Shown: piece after piece, positions 47,265 to 58,419 of the stretch
Numbering within the stretch: position 1 is the first letter of the stretch
Layout of the letters: each line of letters opens with the position of its first letter
DNA from: Myxococcota bacterium
Lineage (GTDB): Bacteria; Myxococcota_A; UBA9160; UBA4427
Assembly: GCA_965250285.1 (NCBI GenBank)
Contig: OZ252299.1
Location: 480,001-544,000, forward strand
Reading direction: 5' to 3'
Length of the DNA: 64,000 nt
Translations under genes and position numbers: made by a program
Notes under the pieces: model-generated
Databases searched by the model: none
What the model saw: only the letters and a program-made list of their open reading frames with translations
Told to the model about the DNA's origin: nothing

Positions 47265-48194
47265 CTAGTAGCGCGGAACGCTGTCGTCGATGCGTGCACT
47301 CCACGCGTCGATGCCGCCCTCGACATTGTGCACGTTGACGAAGCCGAGCGAAGCGAAGTGATCGGCGGCGGCCTGGCTGCGGCCGCCATGGTGGCAGTGG
47401 AAGACGATCATCGAGTCCTTCGGCAGCTGCTCGAGCCGTGCGGCCTCGGCCTCGGTCATGAGCACCGAGCCCGGGATCGATGCCTTCGCCCGCTCCTCGG
47501 GCGTGCGCACGTCGAGCAGCTCGTGGGGCTCGCCCGAGTCGAGCAGCGCCTTCAGGTTCTCGACCGTCATCTGGCTGACCTGGGGCGCGTTCGGGTTGTC
47601 GATCTTGAAGCCCTGGCCCTGCGGCGAGTCGACGACGTCGATCGACACGCCCTCGGCGCGGCCCGCCGTCATCGGATCCATCAGCAGCGTGACGCCGTTG
47701 GTGTTCACCTCGACGTCCATCGCGCCGCGCGGCGCGACGGTCAGCCCGGTGCGAAAGTCCGACTCGATCTGCAGGTGGAGCAATCGCCCGCCCTCGCTGT
47801 GCTGCGCCTGGGCGGCGTTGAGCGCATCGGCGGCGGCGTCGCTGATCGTGATCGTCGGCGGCTCGTTCGACGGGGCTTCGACGCCGAGCGCGTCGAAGAG
47901 CTCACCCGTGCCGGCCATCTCCTGGATGATGTCGCAGCCTCCGACGAACTCGCCCTTCACGTAGAGCTGGGGGATCGTCGGCCACGACGAGAACACCTTG
48001 ACGCCCTCGCGCACCTCGTGGTCGGAGAGGACGTCGAAAGTCTGATAGTCGGGAAGCAAGCTGTCTAGGATGCGAACGACGGTGGCCGAGAAGCCACACT
48101 GGGGCTGCTGTCGGTTGCCCTTCATGAACAGCAACACCTGGTTCGAGTCGACGAGCTGCTGAATGCGGTCGCGGGTCTCGGTTGCGAGTTCCAC
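47265..48194 (-). CDS. grxD: Monothiol glutaredoxin Grx4 fused to IscA/HesB-like and rhodanese domains
   Basis: LFMKG..PQCGFS, WPTIPQLYV.GEFVGG; middle domain ITISDAA...GF.IDNPN; C-terminal LLDVR..EE, CHHGGRS. Confidence 0.9.
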   Translation of the reverse strand: MELATETRDRIQQLVDSNQVLLFMKGNRQQPQCGFSATVVRILDSLLPDYQTFDVLSDHEVREGVKVFSSWPTIPQLYVKGEFVGGCDIIQEMAGTGELFDALGVEAPSNEPPTITISDAAADALNAAQAQHSEGGRLLHLQIESDFRTGLTVAPRGAMDVEVNTNGVTLLMDPMTAGRAEGVSIDVVDSPQGQGFKIDNPNAPQVSQMTVENLKALLDSGEPHELLDVRTPEERAKASIPGSVLMTEAEAARLEQLPKDSMIVFHCHHGGRSQAAADHFASLGFVNVHNVEGGIDAWSARIDDSVPRY

Positions 48195-48354
48195 GGCGAT
48201 CTCCGAAGTCGGCGAAAACGCGAGGGTTTCCGGGGTTTTTGGGGGCGCCGAGCCTAGCAGGGCCCACCTCGGCCTGCCGCTCGGTTCGGATCTGTACGCC
48301 TTGGATGCAGCGCGCCTCGCGAGGTCGCACGGCGTGCCAGCCGGGAGGCCGGGG

Positions 48355-48624
48355 CTAGTCGGTGCAGCTGATCCGGTCGGGGGCGAGTCGCCCGCAGGTC
48401 ATCACGCTCGTGACGCCGCTCGAGAGCACGCTGCAGGCCGATGAACGCGCCTGCGCGACCGCCTCGTCCTGGGTGGCGGCCCGCGCGGTCGAACATTCGG
48501 TGAAGCCTTCGTGGGTCATGCAGACTTCGCACTCGGCGCTCGTCTGCGACATGGTCGTCCAAACCATCATCGCGACGAAGAGAACGCCGAGTCCGATGCC
48601 GACGATCGCGCGCTGACCCTTCAC
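48355..48624 (-). CDS. Small membrane-anchored Cys-rich hypothetical protein
   Basis: TM helix followed by six Cys in about 58 aa (CEVC...C...C...C...C). Confidence 0.65.
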   Translation of the reverse strand: MKGQRAIVGIGLGVLFVAMMVWTTMSQTSAECEVCMTHEGFTECSTARAATQDEAVAQARSSACSVLSSGVTSVMTCGRLAPDRISCTD

Positions 48625-48668
48625 GATCGGGCGCTCATGGGGGGCTCCGTTCCGCGCGACCGGGCGAC

Positions 48669-50726
48669 TCAGGCCTGGAGCTGGACGAGGTCGACGAGAA
48701 TGCGCAGGGCTTCCTGCTGCTGGGGCGTCAGCTCGACGTCGTCGCCGTCGTCGTCGCTTTCGTTCTCGCTCTCGCTGTCGCTGTCGTCTTCGCCGTTCTT
48801 CTTCTGCTCTTCGGCCTGCTCGGCCATCATGTCGCCGAGGCGCATGACGCCGTTCTGAGCCCGCGCCTTGGCGAGCTTCTCTTCGAGCTCGGTGAATTCC
48901 TCATCGGCCGCGACGCGCTCGGCCGAGCGTCGGTTCAGCTCGGCGACGATCTCCTGCGTGATCGGCTTCCAGGGAGTCGAGATCTGGCCATCGAGTCGGG
49001 CCACCGACTTCTCGTCGACGAACGACGGGATCGTCTGGCCGGGCAGGGCGTAGGGCTGGTAGCGCTCGCCGTACTCGTCGATGTTGAAGGGAGAGGGCAC
49101 GACGACGTCGCTCTCGACGCCGTCGTTCTGGGTCGATTTGCCGCCCGGGCGGAAGAAGAGGGCGGTCGTGACCTTGAGTGCACCGAGGCCCTGGTGCAGC
49201 TGCACCATGCTCTGCACGGTGCCCTTGCCGAAGGTGTGACCGTCGCCAACCACGACCGCGCGGTCGTAGTCCTTGAGCGCACCTGCCACGATCTCCGAAG
49301 CCGAGGCGCTGACGCGCGACGTGAGCACGACGAGCGGCCCATCCCAGATGATCTTCGAGCTGCGATCGCGCAGCACCTGCACCTTGGCGAAGCCGTCGCG
49401 CACGGCGACGACGCCGCCGCGTTCGATGAAGAAGCCGGCGATGTCGACCGAGTTCTCCAGCAGGCCGCCGCCATTGCGCGAGAGGTCGAGCACGAGCCCG
49501 TCGAGCTCCTTCTGCTTTGCCTCGCGCAGCAGGCGCTCGACGTCGCGGCTGCTCTGACGCTCGCCGGGGTTTCGATCGCCGTAGAACGAGGGCAGGTCGA
49601 GCATGCCGAGCTTGAGCGTTCGCCCGTCGTCGAGCTCGACCTCTTCGACGCGCAGCTTGGCGGCCGCCTCCTCGAGCTTGATCTTGTCGCGCACGATCGA
49701 GACGTTGAAGCGCTCGGCGGTCTCGCCCTGGCGCAGGATCGTCAGATGCACGGTGGTGCCGCGCTTGCCCCGAATCAGGCGCACGACGTCGCGCAGATCC
49801 ATGTCGATGATGTCGACCGATTCGTCCGAGTCGTCCTGACGCACCGCGATGATCTTGTCCTGGGGCTCGAGGACGTCGACGCCGTCGGCCGCGCCGCCCG
49901 GGATCACCTTCTCGACCACCGAGTAGCCGTCGCGCGACGAGAGTGCGACCCCGATGCCCTCGAGCGAGAGACCCATGCTGATCTGGAAGTCTTCGAAGTG
50001 ATCCCGCGAGAAGTAGTTCGAGTGCGGATCGAGGGCGCTCGCGAAGGCGTCGAGGAACGCCGCGTAGACGTCCTCGTCGGTGACCTCGTTGGCGCGCTTG
50101 GTCTTGAGCTCGTAGCGGTGAACGAGCTTCTCTTTCGCCTCGGCCAGCTCCATGTCGGAGCTGAGGTAGTTCGACATCTGAAAGTGGATGAGCTGCATCA
50201 TCAGCTCGCGCTGCGCGTCGGCGTCGACGGGTCGTCCGCGCTTCTCGGGGTCGAGGATCAGCGTCGCATCCTCATCGACCGAGTAGCCGTCTTCCGCGAG
50301 GATGACGCGCACCATCTCTTCCATCGCCGCGACGCGCTTGCGCACGTCCTTCTCGATCTTGAGCAGCTGTGTGCAGTCGCCTTCGCGAATGTCCTGGAAG
50401 ATGCCGACCATCGAGCTCTCGAGGGCGGTCACCTCGTCTTCGAGAAACAGCACCTTCGACGGGTCGACGCGCTTGACGTAGTTGTCGATCGCGCGCTTTC
50501 GCAGCTCATCGTTCAGATAATGAAAATCGATGTGCTTCTGAAGGTAGGTGCGGAACAGCTCGGGCACGCGCTCGCAGGTGAGCTCGGTGCCGAGCGCTGT
50601 GGCGGCCGACGCAGGGGTCGGCAGCGCGGCAACGGCGCCCAGCTGAGCGAGCGCGAACAGCGCGACGGCGAGCGCGCCCTGCAGCAGGCGCCCCCGGGTG
50701 GACGGTCGGGACGATTCACGGGACAT
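48669..50726 (-). CDS. prc: Carboxy-terminal processing protease (S41A, Prc/Tsp-like)
   Basis: LDPHS.Y, GIG PDZ domain, DL..NGGG, SASASEI, GKGTVQ; signal peptide. Confidence 0.92.
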   Translation of the reverse strand: MSRESSRPSTRGRLLQGALAVALFALAQLGAVAALPTPASAATALGTELTCERVPELFRTYLQKHIDFHYLNDELRKRAIDNYVKRVDPSKVLFLEDEVTALESSMVGIFQDIREGDCTQLLKIEKDVRKRVAAMEEMVRVILAEDGYSVDEDATLILDPEKRGRPVDADAQRELMMQLIHFQMSNYLSSDMELAEAKEKLVHRYELKTKRANEVTDEDVYAAFLDAFASALDPHSNYFSRDHFEDFQISMGLSLEGIGVALSSRDGYSVVEKVIPGGAADGVDVLEPQDKIIAVRQDDSDESVDIIDMDLRDVVRLIRGKRGTTVHLTILRQGETAERFNVSIVRDKIKLEEAAAKLRVEEVELDDGRTLKLGMLDLPSFYGDRNPGERQSSRDVERLLREAKQKELDGLVLDLSRNGGGLLENSVDIAGFFIERGGVVAVRDGFAKVQVLRDRSSKIIWDGPLVVLTSRVSASASEIVAGALKDYDRAVVVGDGHTFGKGTVQSMVQLHQGLGALKVTTALFFRPGGKSTQNDGVESDVVVPSPFNIDEYGERYQPYALPGQTIPSFVDEKSVARLDGQISTPWKPITQEIVAELNRRSAERVAADEEFTELEEKLAKARAQNGVMRLGDMMAEQAEEQKKNGEDDSDSESENESDDDGDDVELTPQQQEALRILVDLVQLQA

Positions 50727-50942
50727 GCGGCGGATGATAACAGCAGCCTCACTGATCGCGGGCCCGGTTGCATCGGTTCGGGCCTGGCGTGGGGGGTTGG
50801 AAACCACCTGATTCTGATCGGTTTTCGGACCGGCTGACTTCAGCGGGTTCCGCCCCGGTTGGACGCCTCCAGTGTGGGCGCGGGTTCACTCCAATCAAGT
50901 CGAAGCGGTGGCGAGGTGGCCGACAAGGCCCCGAGAGGCGTC

Positions 50943-51884
50943 TCAGGCGCTCGCGAGCAGCGGCCGCACGGCTTCTCCGAAGAGCTGGGCCGGCGCGCGC
51001 GTGTCTCGGCCGAAGAATTCGATCACGAAACCCGTGCAGCCGAGTGCACGGTGCTCGATCAGCCGCTCGGCGACGCGCTCGGGTGTGCCCCAGATCCCGT
51101 GCTCTTCGAGGCCCGCCCCCATGTGCCCCCCGTAGATCTTCTGGGCCTTCTCGAGCGAAGCGCGCGCGGCGTCTTCGGTCTCTTCGATGATGACCACGCA
51201 CTGCTGCGAGATGCGCAGCGTATCGAGGTCGCGGCCGAAGTCGTCACAGCGTCGCTTGAGCGCCTCGATCTTCTCGGGCAGCTTTGCGTGGGTGACGGCC
51301 ATGTTGTTCCACACGTCGGCTTCGCGAGCGACGATGCCCATCAAGACCTTCTCGCCGGTGCCGCCGACGAGGATCGGGGGCCGGCGCGGGGGCTTCGGCT
51401 CACAGATGGCGTCGCGAACGCTGAACAGCTCGCCCTCGAGCGTGGTGCGTTCTTCGCTCCACATCGACTTGAGGATCCGGATCGTCTCGTCGAGCCCCTT
51501 CATGCGCTGGCCCAGCGGCGGGAAGGGGTTGCCGTAGGCCTCGAACTCGGGCTGGAACCAGCCTGCGCCGAGCCCCATGATCACGCGGCCGTCGGCGATC
51601 TGGTCGATGGTGGCGACCTGCTTCGCGAGCACGCCGGGGTTGCGAAAGAAGGGCGGCGTCACGAGCGTGCCGAGCTCGACCCGCGACGTCACGGCGGCCA
51701 CAGCCGCGAGCAGGCTCCAACCCTCGAGGATCGGGATCACCGGGTTCGGCACGCCGTAGACGTGGTCGCAGACCCAGACCGACTCGAAGCCGGCGGCCTC
51801 GAAGGCCTCGGCCGCCGCGCGCGACTCCTCCCACGTGCGCTTGATCTGGGGCAGGGTGACGCCGAAGTGCCAATCGCCTCGCAT
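50943..51884 (-). CDS. LLM-class oxidoreductase, probably F420-dependent
   Basis: WVCDH, LEGWSLL, LGTLVT...RNP..LAK, GLGAGW...E, PPILVGG.GEK. Confidence 0.88.
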   Translation of the reverse strand: MRGDWHFGVTLPQIKRTWEESRAAAEAFEAAGFESVWVCDHVYGVPNPVIPILEGWSLLAAVAAVTSRVELGTLVTPPFFRNPGVLAKQVATIDQIADGRVIMGLGAGWFQPEFEAYGNPFPPLGQRMKGLDETIRILKSMWSEERTTLEGELFSVRDAICEPKPPRRPPILVGGTGEKVLMGIVAREADVWNNMAVTHAKLPEKIEALKRRCDDFGRDLDTLRISQQCVVIIEETEDAARASLEKAQKIYGGHMGAGLEEHGIWGTPERVAERLIEHRALGCTGFVIEFFGRDTRAPAQLFGEAVRPLLASA

Positions 51885-52099
51885 GGGCCTCTCCTCCTGG
51901 GCTGCAGCCGGTCTCTTCGCGCGGGGGGGCATCGACGTCCGGCGCGTGCCCTCGTTCGGCCCCCTAAAGTCGCCGACCCGAGGCGCGCCCGAAAGCCCCG
52001 AACGCTTCGAGGGGCGCTGGTTCGCTACGCTGCGGCCCCCGCGCGAGGCGTCCCGGGCCCGCGCCCCGCCCGACGACCAGCCAGGAGCCAGAACACCCC

Positions 52100-53710
<1,611 letters not shown>

Positions 53711-53752
53711 CTCGAACGTGTCGGCTGGTCCATCCGGGTCGGGAGACGTGGG

Positions 53753-54607
53753 ATGCGCATCGTCGCCATCGACGACTTCGACGACCCGCGCGTCGCCGGC
53801 TACCGCAACATCAAGGACCGTGACCTGCACCTCGAGCGCGACTCGTTCCTCGTCGAGGGGGCGGGGGCGATTCGTGAGCTGCTCTGCGGCGGGCGTTTTG
53901 CCCCCGAATCGTTGCTGCTGTCGCCTCGGGCGTTGAACGCCCTCGAGCCCGATCTCGAGCCGCTCGACGACGACACGCCCGTCTACATCGCAGAGCGCGC
54001 CGACTACCACGACATCGTCGGGTTCGATCTGCACCGAGGATGCCTGGCGCTCTGCCGGCGCCGCCGCGAGCCCGGCTTCGCAGACGCGATCGACGAGGCG
54101 GCGGGGCCGCCCGACGCGCCGCTCGTTGCGCTCGAGGGCATCACGAACCACGACAACGTCGGTGGGCTGTTCCGCAACGCCCGCGCGTTCGGCGCCGGCG
54201 CGATGCTGCTCTGTCCGCGCTCGTGCGATCCCCTCTACCGCAAGGCGATTCGCACGTCGATCGGCGCGAGTCTCGTGCTGCCTTTCGCGCGTGCGTCGCG
54301 TTGGCCCGAAGACCTGGTCTCGCTCGGTGTGCCCATCGTTGCGCTCCACCCCGATGCGGCGGCGACGCCCGTTCACGCCTGGGCACCGCCACCGGGACGT
54401 TTCGTCCTCGTGGCCGGGAGCGAGGGGCCGGGGCTCTCCGATGCCCTGCTCGACGTCGCCCAGACGAAGCTTGCGATCGAGATGGAGCCCGGCATCGACT
54501 CGATCAACGTCGCGCTGGCGACGGGCATCGCGCTGCACCACGTTCGCAGCCAGCGGCATCGAAGCGCGTCGTCCGCCGACGCGCCGAGCCATGGGGAGTC
54601 TTCGTGA
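53753..54607 (+). CDS. SpoU/TrmH family RNA 2'-O-methyltransferase
   Basis: NHDNVG..FR.A.AFG, DPLYRKAIR.S.G, GSEGPGLS, DSINVA. Confidence 0.9.
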   Translation: MRIVAIDDFDDPRVAGYRNIKDRDLHLERDSFLVEGAGAIRELLCGGRFAPESLLLSPRALNALEPDLEPLDDDTPVYIAERADYHDIVGFDLHRGCLALCRRRREPGFADAIDEAAGPPDAPLVALEGITNHDNVGGLFRNARAFGAGAMLLCPRSCDPLYRKAIRTSIGASLVLPFARASRWPEDLVSLGVPIVALHPDAAATPVHAWAPPPGRFVLVAGSEGPGLSDALLDVAQTKLAIEMEPGIDSINVALATGIALHHVRSQRHRSASSADAPSHGESS

Positions 54608-55329
54608 GACCGATCGTCATTCTCAAGACCGGCGACACGCTGCCGGGGATCGACACGGCGCGCGGCGACTTCGACGCGTGGATCACGCCCACGCTCGGCT
54701 GGGATCAGGACGACGTGCACGTCGTCGAGGCGCATCGAGACGAGCCGCTCCCCGACCCCGATGGCGTCTCGGGCGCGGTCGTGACGGGCTCACCGGCGAT
54801 GGTCACCGATCGGGCGGCGTGGAGCGTGCGATCGGGCGCCTGGCTCGCGGCGTTGGTCGAGCGTGCGTCGCCCGTCCTCGGCATCTGCTACGGGCACCAG
54901 CTGCTCGCCGACGCGCTCGGCGGCGAGGTCGGGGCGAACCCACGCGGCCGCGAGATCGGCACGGTGCCGATCGAGCTCTTCGATTACGACGACGACCCGC
55001 TGCTGGCCGGCTTCTCTCGAGAGATTCCAGCGCACACGACCCACCTCGAATCGGTGCTTCGTCTGCCCGCTGGCGTGCACCACATGGGACGCAGCGCGCT
55101 CGACGACCACCACGTCTTTCGGGCCGGGCCCTCGGCCTGGGGCGTGCAGTTCCATCCCGAGTTCGATGCGGACATCATGCGGCGCTACATCGAGGCGCGG
55201 CGCGCGCCGATCCTCGAGGAGGGCCTCGATGCCGATGGCATCGAGGCCGCCGTGACCGAGACCCCGGCCTCGACGAGCCTCCTCGCGCGCTTCGGGGAGC
55301 TCGTGCGGCAGCGCGAGCTGGCGCGCTGA
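54604..55329 (+). CDS. Class I glutamine amidotransferase-like protein
   Basis: TGSPAMVT, GICYGHQ nucleophile, GVQFHPE; GTGA overlap with the preceding gene. Confidence 0.9.
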   Translation: MRPIVILKTGDTLPGIDTARGDFDAWITPTLGWDQDDVHVVEAHRDEPLPDPDGVSGAVVTGSPAMVTDRAAWSVRSGAWLAALVERASPVLGICYGHQLLADALGGEVGANPRGREIGTVPIELFDYDDDPLLAGFSREIPAHTTHLESVLRLPAGVHHMGRSALDDHHVFRAGPSAWGVQFHPEFDADIMRRYIEARRAPILEEGLDADGIEAAVTETPASTSLLARFGELVRQRELAR

Positions 55330-55406
55330 GACGCACGCCGGGGCGGTCGTAACCCTTCGCGATACCTGGTTTTTCAGGATTTCTCGTTTGTACACCCTGA
55401 TGCTGA

Positions 55407-55425
55407 GAGCAATTACTCCTACAAT
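55407..55425 (+). promoter_or_regulatory. Candidate -10 (TACAAT) with adjacent imperfect palindrome (possible MerR-family operator)
   Basis: GAGCAATTACTC (55407-55418) near-dyad; TACAAT at 55420-55425, 6 nt before the ATG. Confidence 0.45.
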
Positions 55426-55431
55426 CGGAGC

Positions 55432-56211
55432 ATGCAGTACCGAGTCGAAGAGCTCGCCGACGCCGCCGGGATCCGGGTCGATACGATCCGTTTCTACCAG
55501 CGCCGGGGTCTGATCGATCCGCCTCGGCGCGAGGGGCGGGTGGCCTACTACGACGAGGGGCACCTCGACCGGCTGCGCCGAATTCGGCTGCTCGGGGACG
55601 ATGGCTTCACACTGCGCCAGATCGGCCGGCTGCTGCAGGGCGACGCACTCCCGAGCACCGAGCCGCGAGGGCCCGAGAGTCTGCTCGATGCCCTCGCCGA
55701 AGAGCGGGTGGGGCATCGCACGTACTCGCGCGGCGAGGTCGCCGAGGCTGCGGGCGTGCCCGAAGCCCTCGTGATCGCCGCGGCCAAGGCCGGCCTGATC
55801 GTGCCGGTCGAGATCGACGGCGAGCCGCGCTACGGGGCGGCCGACGTCGAGATGGGGCGGGCCGCGCTCGCGCTGCTCGGCGCCGGGTTCCCGCTCGACG
55901 AGCTGCTCGAGCTCGCGGTGCGTCATGCCCGCAACGTCACCGAACTCTCCGATGCCGCCATCGATCTGTTCGCCGAGCACATCGGCCGCGCGGGCGAGGC
56001 CCAGACCGGTTCGACCGACGGCGCCGACGATCCCGTCGTCACGCTCTTCCGCGATCTGCTTCCCGAGGTCACGCGCCTCGTGGCACTCCACTTTCAACGC
56101 ACGCTCGTCCGGCGTGCGCTCGAACGCATCGGCGAGGGCGGCGATCAGGCCGTGCTGCAGTCGGCGCTCGAGCGCGCAGCCACGGCCGAACTGGAGGTCG
56201 CATGGCGTTAG
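55432..56211 (+). CDS. MerR family transcriptional regulator with two HTH-like segments
   Basis: YRVEELA..AGI.VDTIRFYQ..GLI; second YSRGEVAEAAGVP...GLI. Confidence 0.9.
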   Translation: MQYRVEELADAAGIRVDTIRFYQRRGLIDPPRREGRVAYYDEGHLDRLRRIRLLGDDGFTLRQIGRLLQGDALPSTEPRGPESLLDALAEERVGHRTYSRGEVAEAAGVPEALVIAAAKAGLIVPVEIDGEPRYGAADVEMGRAALALLGAGFPLDELLELAVRHARNVTELSDAAIDLFAEHIGRAGEAQTGSTDGADDPVVTLFRDLLPEVTRLVALHFQRTLVRRALERIGEGGDQAVLQSALERAATAELEVAWR

Positions 56212-56903
56212 AGGTTCTGCCGGAAGGCGCCGACAAGTACACCCGCGTGCGCGACATGTTCGATCGCATCGCCCCGCACTACGACCGCATGAACCGGCTG
56301 ATGACGGGCGGGCTCGATCAGCGCTGGCGACGTCTGACGCTCGATCTCGTCGACGTGGGGCCGGGCGACCGCGTGCTCGACCTGGCATGCGGCACCGGTG
56401 ACATCTGCGAGCTCGTCCGCGAGCGCGGCGCCCACGCGATCGGCGTCGACTTCGCCGGCGTCATGCTCAAGGGAGCGCAGGCCCGCGGGATCGATGCCGA
56501 GTTCGTACGCGGCGACGCGGCGCGTCTGCCGTGCGCGGATGGCAGCGTCGACGTCGTGACGTGTGGCTTCGCGCTGCGCAACTTCGTGGCGCTCGCGCCC
56601 GTGTTTGCCGAGCTGCATCGCGTGCTCGCGCCCGGCGGCCGTCTGGCCGTAATCGATGTCGACCGGCCCGGTTCGCGCATGATCGCCGCGGCGCACTCGC
56701 TGTACTTCGACCGCTTCGTGCCCTTCGTCGGCGGCTTGCTCGCCGACCGCGACGCCTACCGATACTTACCGGCCTCGACTGCGTACCTGCCTCCGGCGCC
56801 CGAGCTGCTCGCGCTGCTCGAGAAGGCCGGCTTCAGCGAGGTGCGGCGCCGCACGCTCATGCTCGGCAGCGCCCAGATCCTGCTCGGCAGGAAGGAGGCG
56901 TAG
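56202..56903 (+). CDS. menG: Demethylmenaquinone methyltransferase (UbiE/MenG)
   Basis: MFDRIAP.YD.MN, VLDLACGTGD, GFALRN, Y.YL..S; men operon context. Confidence 0.92.
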   Translation: MALEVLPEGADKYTRVRDMFDRIAPHYDRMNRLMTGGLDQRWRRLTLDLVDVGPGDRVLDLACGTGDICELVRERGAHAIGVDFAGVMLKGAQARGIDAEFVRGDAARLPCADGSVDVVTCGFALRNFVALAPVFAELHRVLAPGGRLAVIDVDRPGSRMIAAAHSLYFDRFVPFVGGLLADRDAYRYLPASTAYLPPAPELLALLEKAGFSEVRRRTLMLGSAQILLGRKEA

Positions 56904-56906
56904 GCG

Positions 56907-58418
56907 ATGAGTCAGCCGGTCTTCGCGAACCGACCCGCGGCCGACGAAGCCGAAGCGCTGCGCCACGAGGTGGCCGCGGCCTGGCTGCGGGCGCGCGCGC
57001 GGGCGCGCGGAGCCCGTGGAGTCCAGCACCTCGCTCTGCGCGTGCGTGTCCCCGATGTCGATCCGCTCGACGCCTTCCTCGCTGCCCCCGAAGCCGATCG
57101 CTTCTACTGGAGCCATCCCGACGAGGGCGTCGGCCGAGCCGCCTGGGGAGAGGCGTGGTGCCTCGAGATCGAACCGGGCCGCGGGACGGATCGGTTCGAC
57201 GTCGCCGCGCACGCGGTGGGCGGTCTCCTGGCCGGGCTCGAAGTGATCGGCGACGCGGGCCCGTCGACGGCCGGGCCCATCGTGCACGCGGGCTTCGCCT
57301 ATGCCGACAGGGAGCGGCAGGGCGAGTCGCTTCTCACCGCCGACGGCGGCTGGTCTGCCTTCCCGGCCGCGCGGCTCGTGCTCGCGCAACGCCAGCTGGT
57401 GCGCCTCGCCGAGGGCACCTTCGAGTGTCGCGTCGCAGCGGTCGAGCCGGACGCACCCGACGACGGCTGGCAGGCGCTCTTCGCGTCGAGCGAAGTCGGC
57501 GGGGCGAGCGCGATGCCGGCGGCCCTGGCCGAGCCGGCAGACGACGGCCCTTCGTATTCGGTGCACGCCGACCGGCCCCACCATCGATACGAAGCCGGGG
57601 TCCGAGAGGCGCTGGGCGAGATCGAGCGCGGAGGCCTGCAGAAGGTCGTGCTCGCGCGCGCTCTCGAGGTGCGGCACGCCGGCGCCTTTGGCCTGCGCCA
57701 GTTCCTCGAGCAGCTGCGCGAGGCGTATCCGGCCTGCGCGACGTTCGTCGTCGGCCGCGGACCCGACTGCTTCGTCTCGGCGTCGCCCGAGCGGCTCGTC
57801 GCACTCGACGGCGAATCGATCCGGACCGCCGCACTCGCTGGCTCGGCGCCGCGCGGGCGCACGCCCGACAGCGACACGCGCATCGGCGAGGAGCTGCTCT
57901 TATGCCCGAAGAACCGAGCCGAGCACGAGTCGGTGCGTCGCATGATCGTCGATGCGCTCACCGCGCACGGCTGCGATGTGCGTTCGGACGACGCGCCGCG
58001 CCTCTTGAAGCTCGCCGGCATCCAGCATCTCGAGACGCCGATCGAGGCGCACCTGCGCGGCGACGCGGCGCGACCCGGTGAAGCGTTGCTCAGACTCGTC
58101 GGAGCGCTTCATCCGACCCCGGCCGTCGGCGGCTTGCCGGCAGCGGCCGCCGATGCGTGGCTCGCTGAGCACGAAGGCCTCGACCGCGGCTGGTATGCAG
58201 CGCCCGTCGGTTGGATCGGGGCCGACGGCTCGGGCGAGCTCCGGGTGGCGCTGCGCTCCGCTCTGCTTCGGAGCGAGGTGGACGAGCACGGCGTGACGCA
58301 CTCGACCGCCCGGCTCTTCGCGGGCGCCGGCATCGTCGCGGGCTCCGATCCGCATGGCGAGCTCGTCGAGACCCGCATCAAGCTGCGCGCCCTGCTCGCT
58401 CCGCTCACGGAGATCTGA
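56907..58418 (+). CDS. menF: Isochorismate synthase
   Basis: KVVLAR, SPERL, ALAGS, K...EH, QHL, LHPTPAVGG, RGWY, GAGIV.GS. Confidence 0.92.
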   Translation: MSQPVFANRPAADEAEALRHEVAAAWLRARARARGARGVQHLALRVRVPDVDPLDAFLAAPEADRFYWSHPDEGVGRAAWGEAWCLEIEPGRGTDRFDVAAHAVGGLLAGLEVIGDAGPSTAGPIVHAGFAYADRERQGESLLTADGGWSAFPAARLVLAQRQLVRLAEGTFECRVAAVEPDAPDDGWQALFASSEVGGASAMPAALAEPADDGPSYSVHADRPHHRYEAGVREALGEIERGGLQKVVLARALEVRHAGAFGLRQFLEQLREAYPACATFVVGRGPDCFVSASPERLVALDGESIRTAALAGSAPRGRTPDSDTRIGEELLLCPKNRAEHESVRRMIVDALTAHGCDVRSDDAPRLLKLAGIQHLETPIEAHLRGDAARPGEALLRLVGALHPTPAVGGLPAAAADAWLAEHEGLDRGWYAAPVGWIGADGSGELRVALRSALLRSEVDEHGVTHSTARLFAGAGIVAGSDPHGELVETRIKLRALLAPLTEI

Positions 58419-58419
58419 C

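Noticed and set aside
45234..48068. 944-aa + strand ORF, and similar long ORFs such as 2980-5442, 52025-54592, 20262-22100
   Set aside because: Arg/Ala/Gly-rich shadow frames overlapping well-supported genes, as expected in high-GC DNA
50790..50890. ECF-sigma-like promoters (GAAC...CGTC/TCCAA) upstream of prc
   Set aside because: Matches are short and the spacing ambiguous; cannot be distinguished from chance
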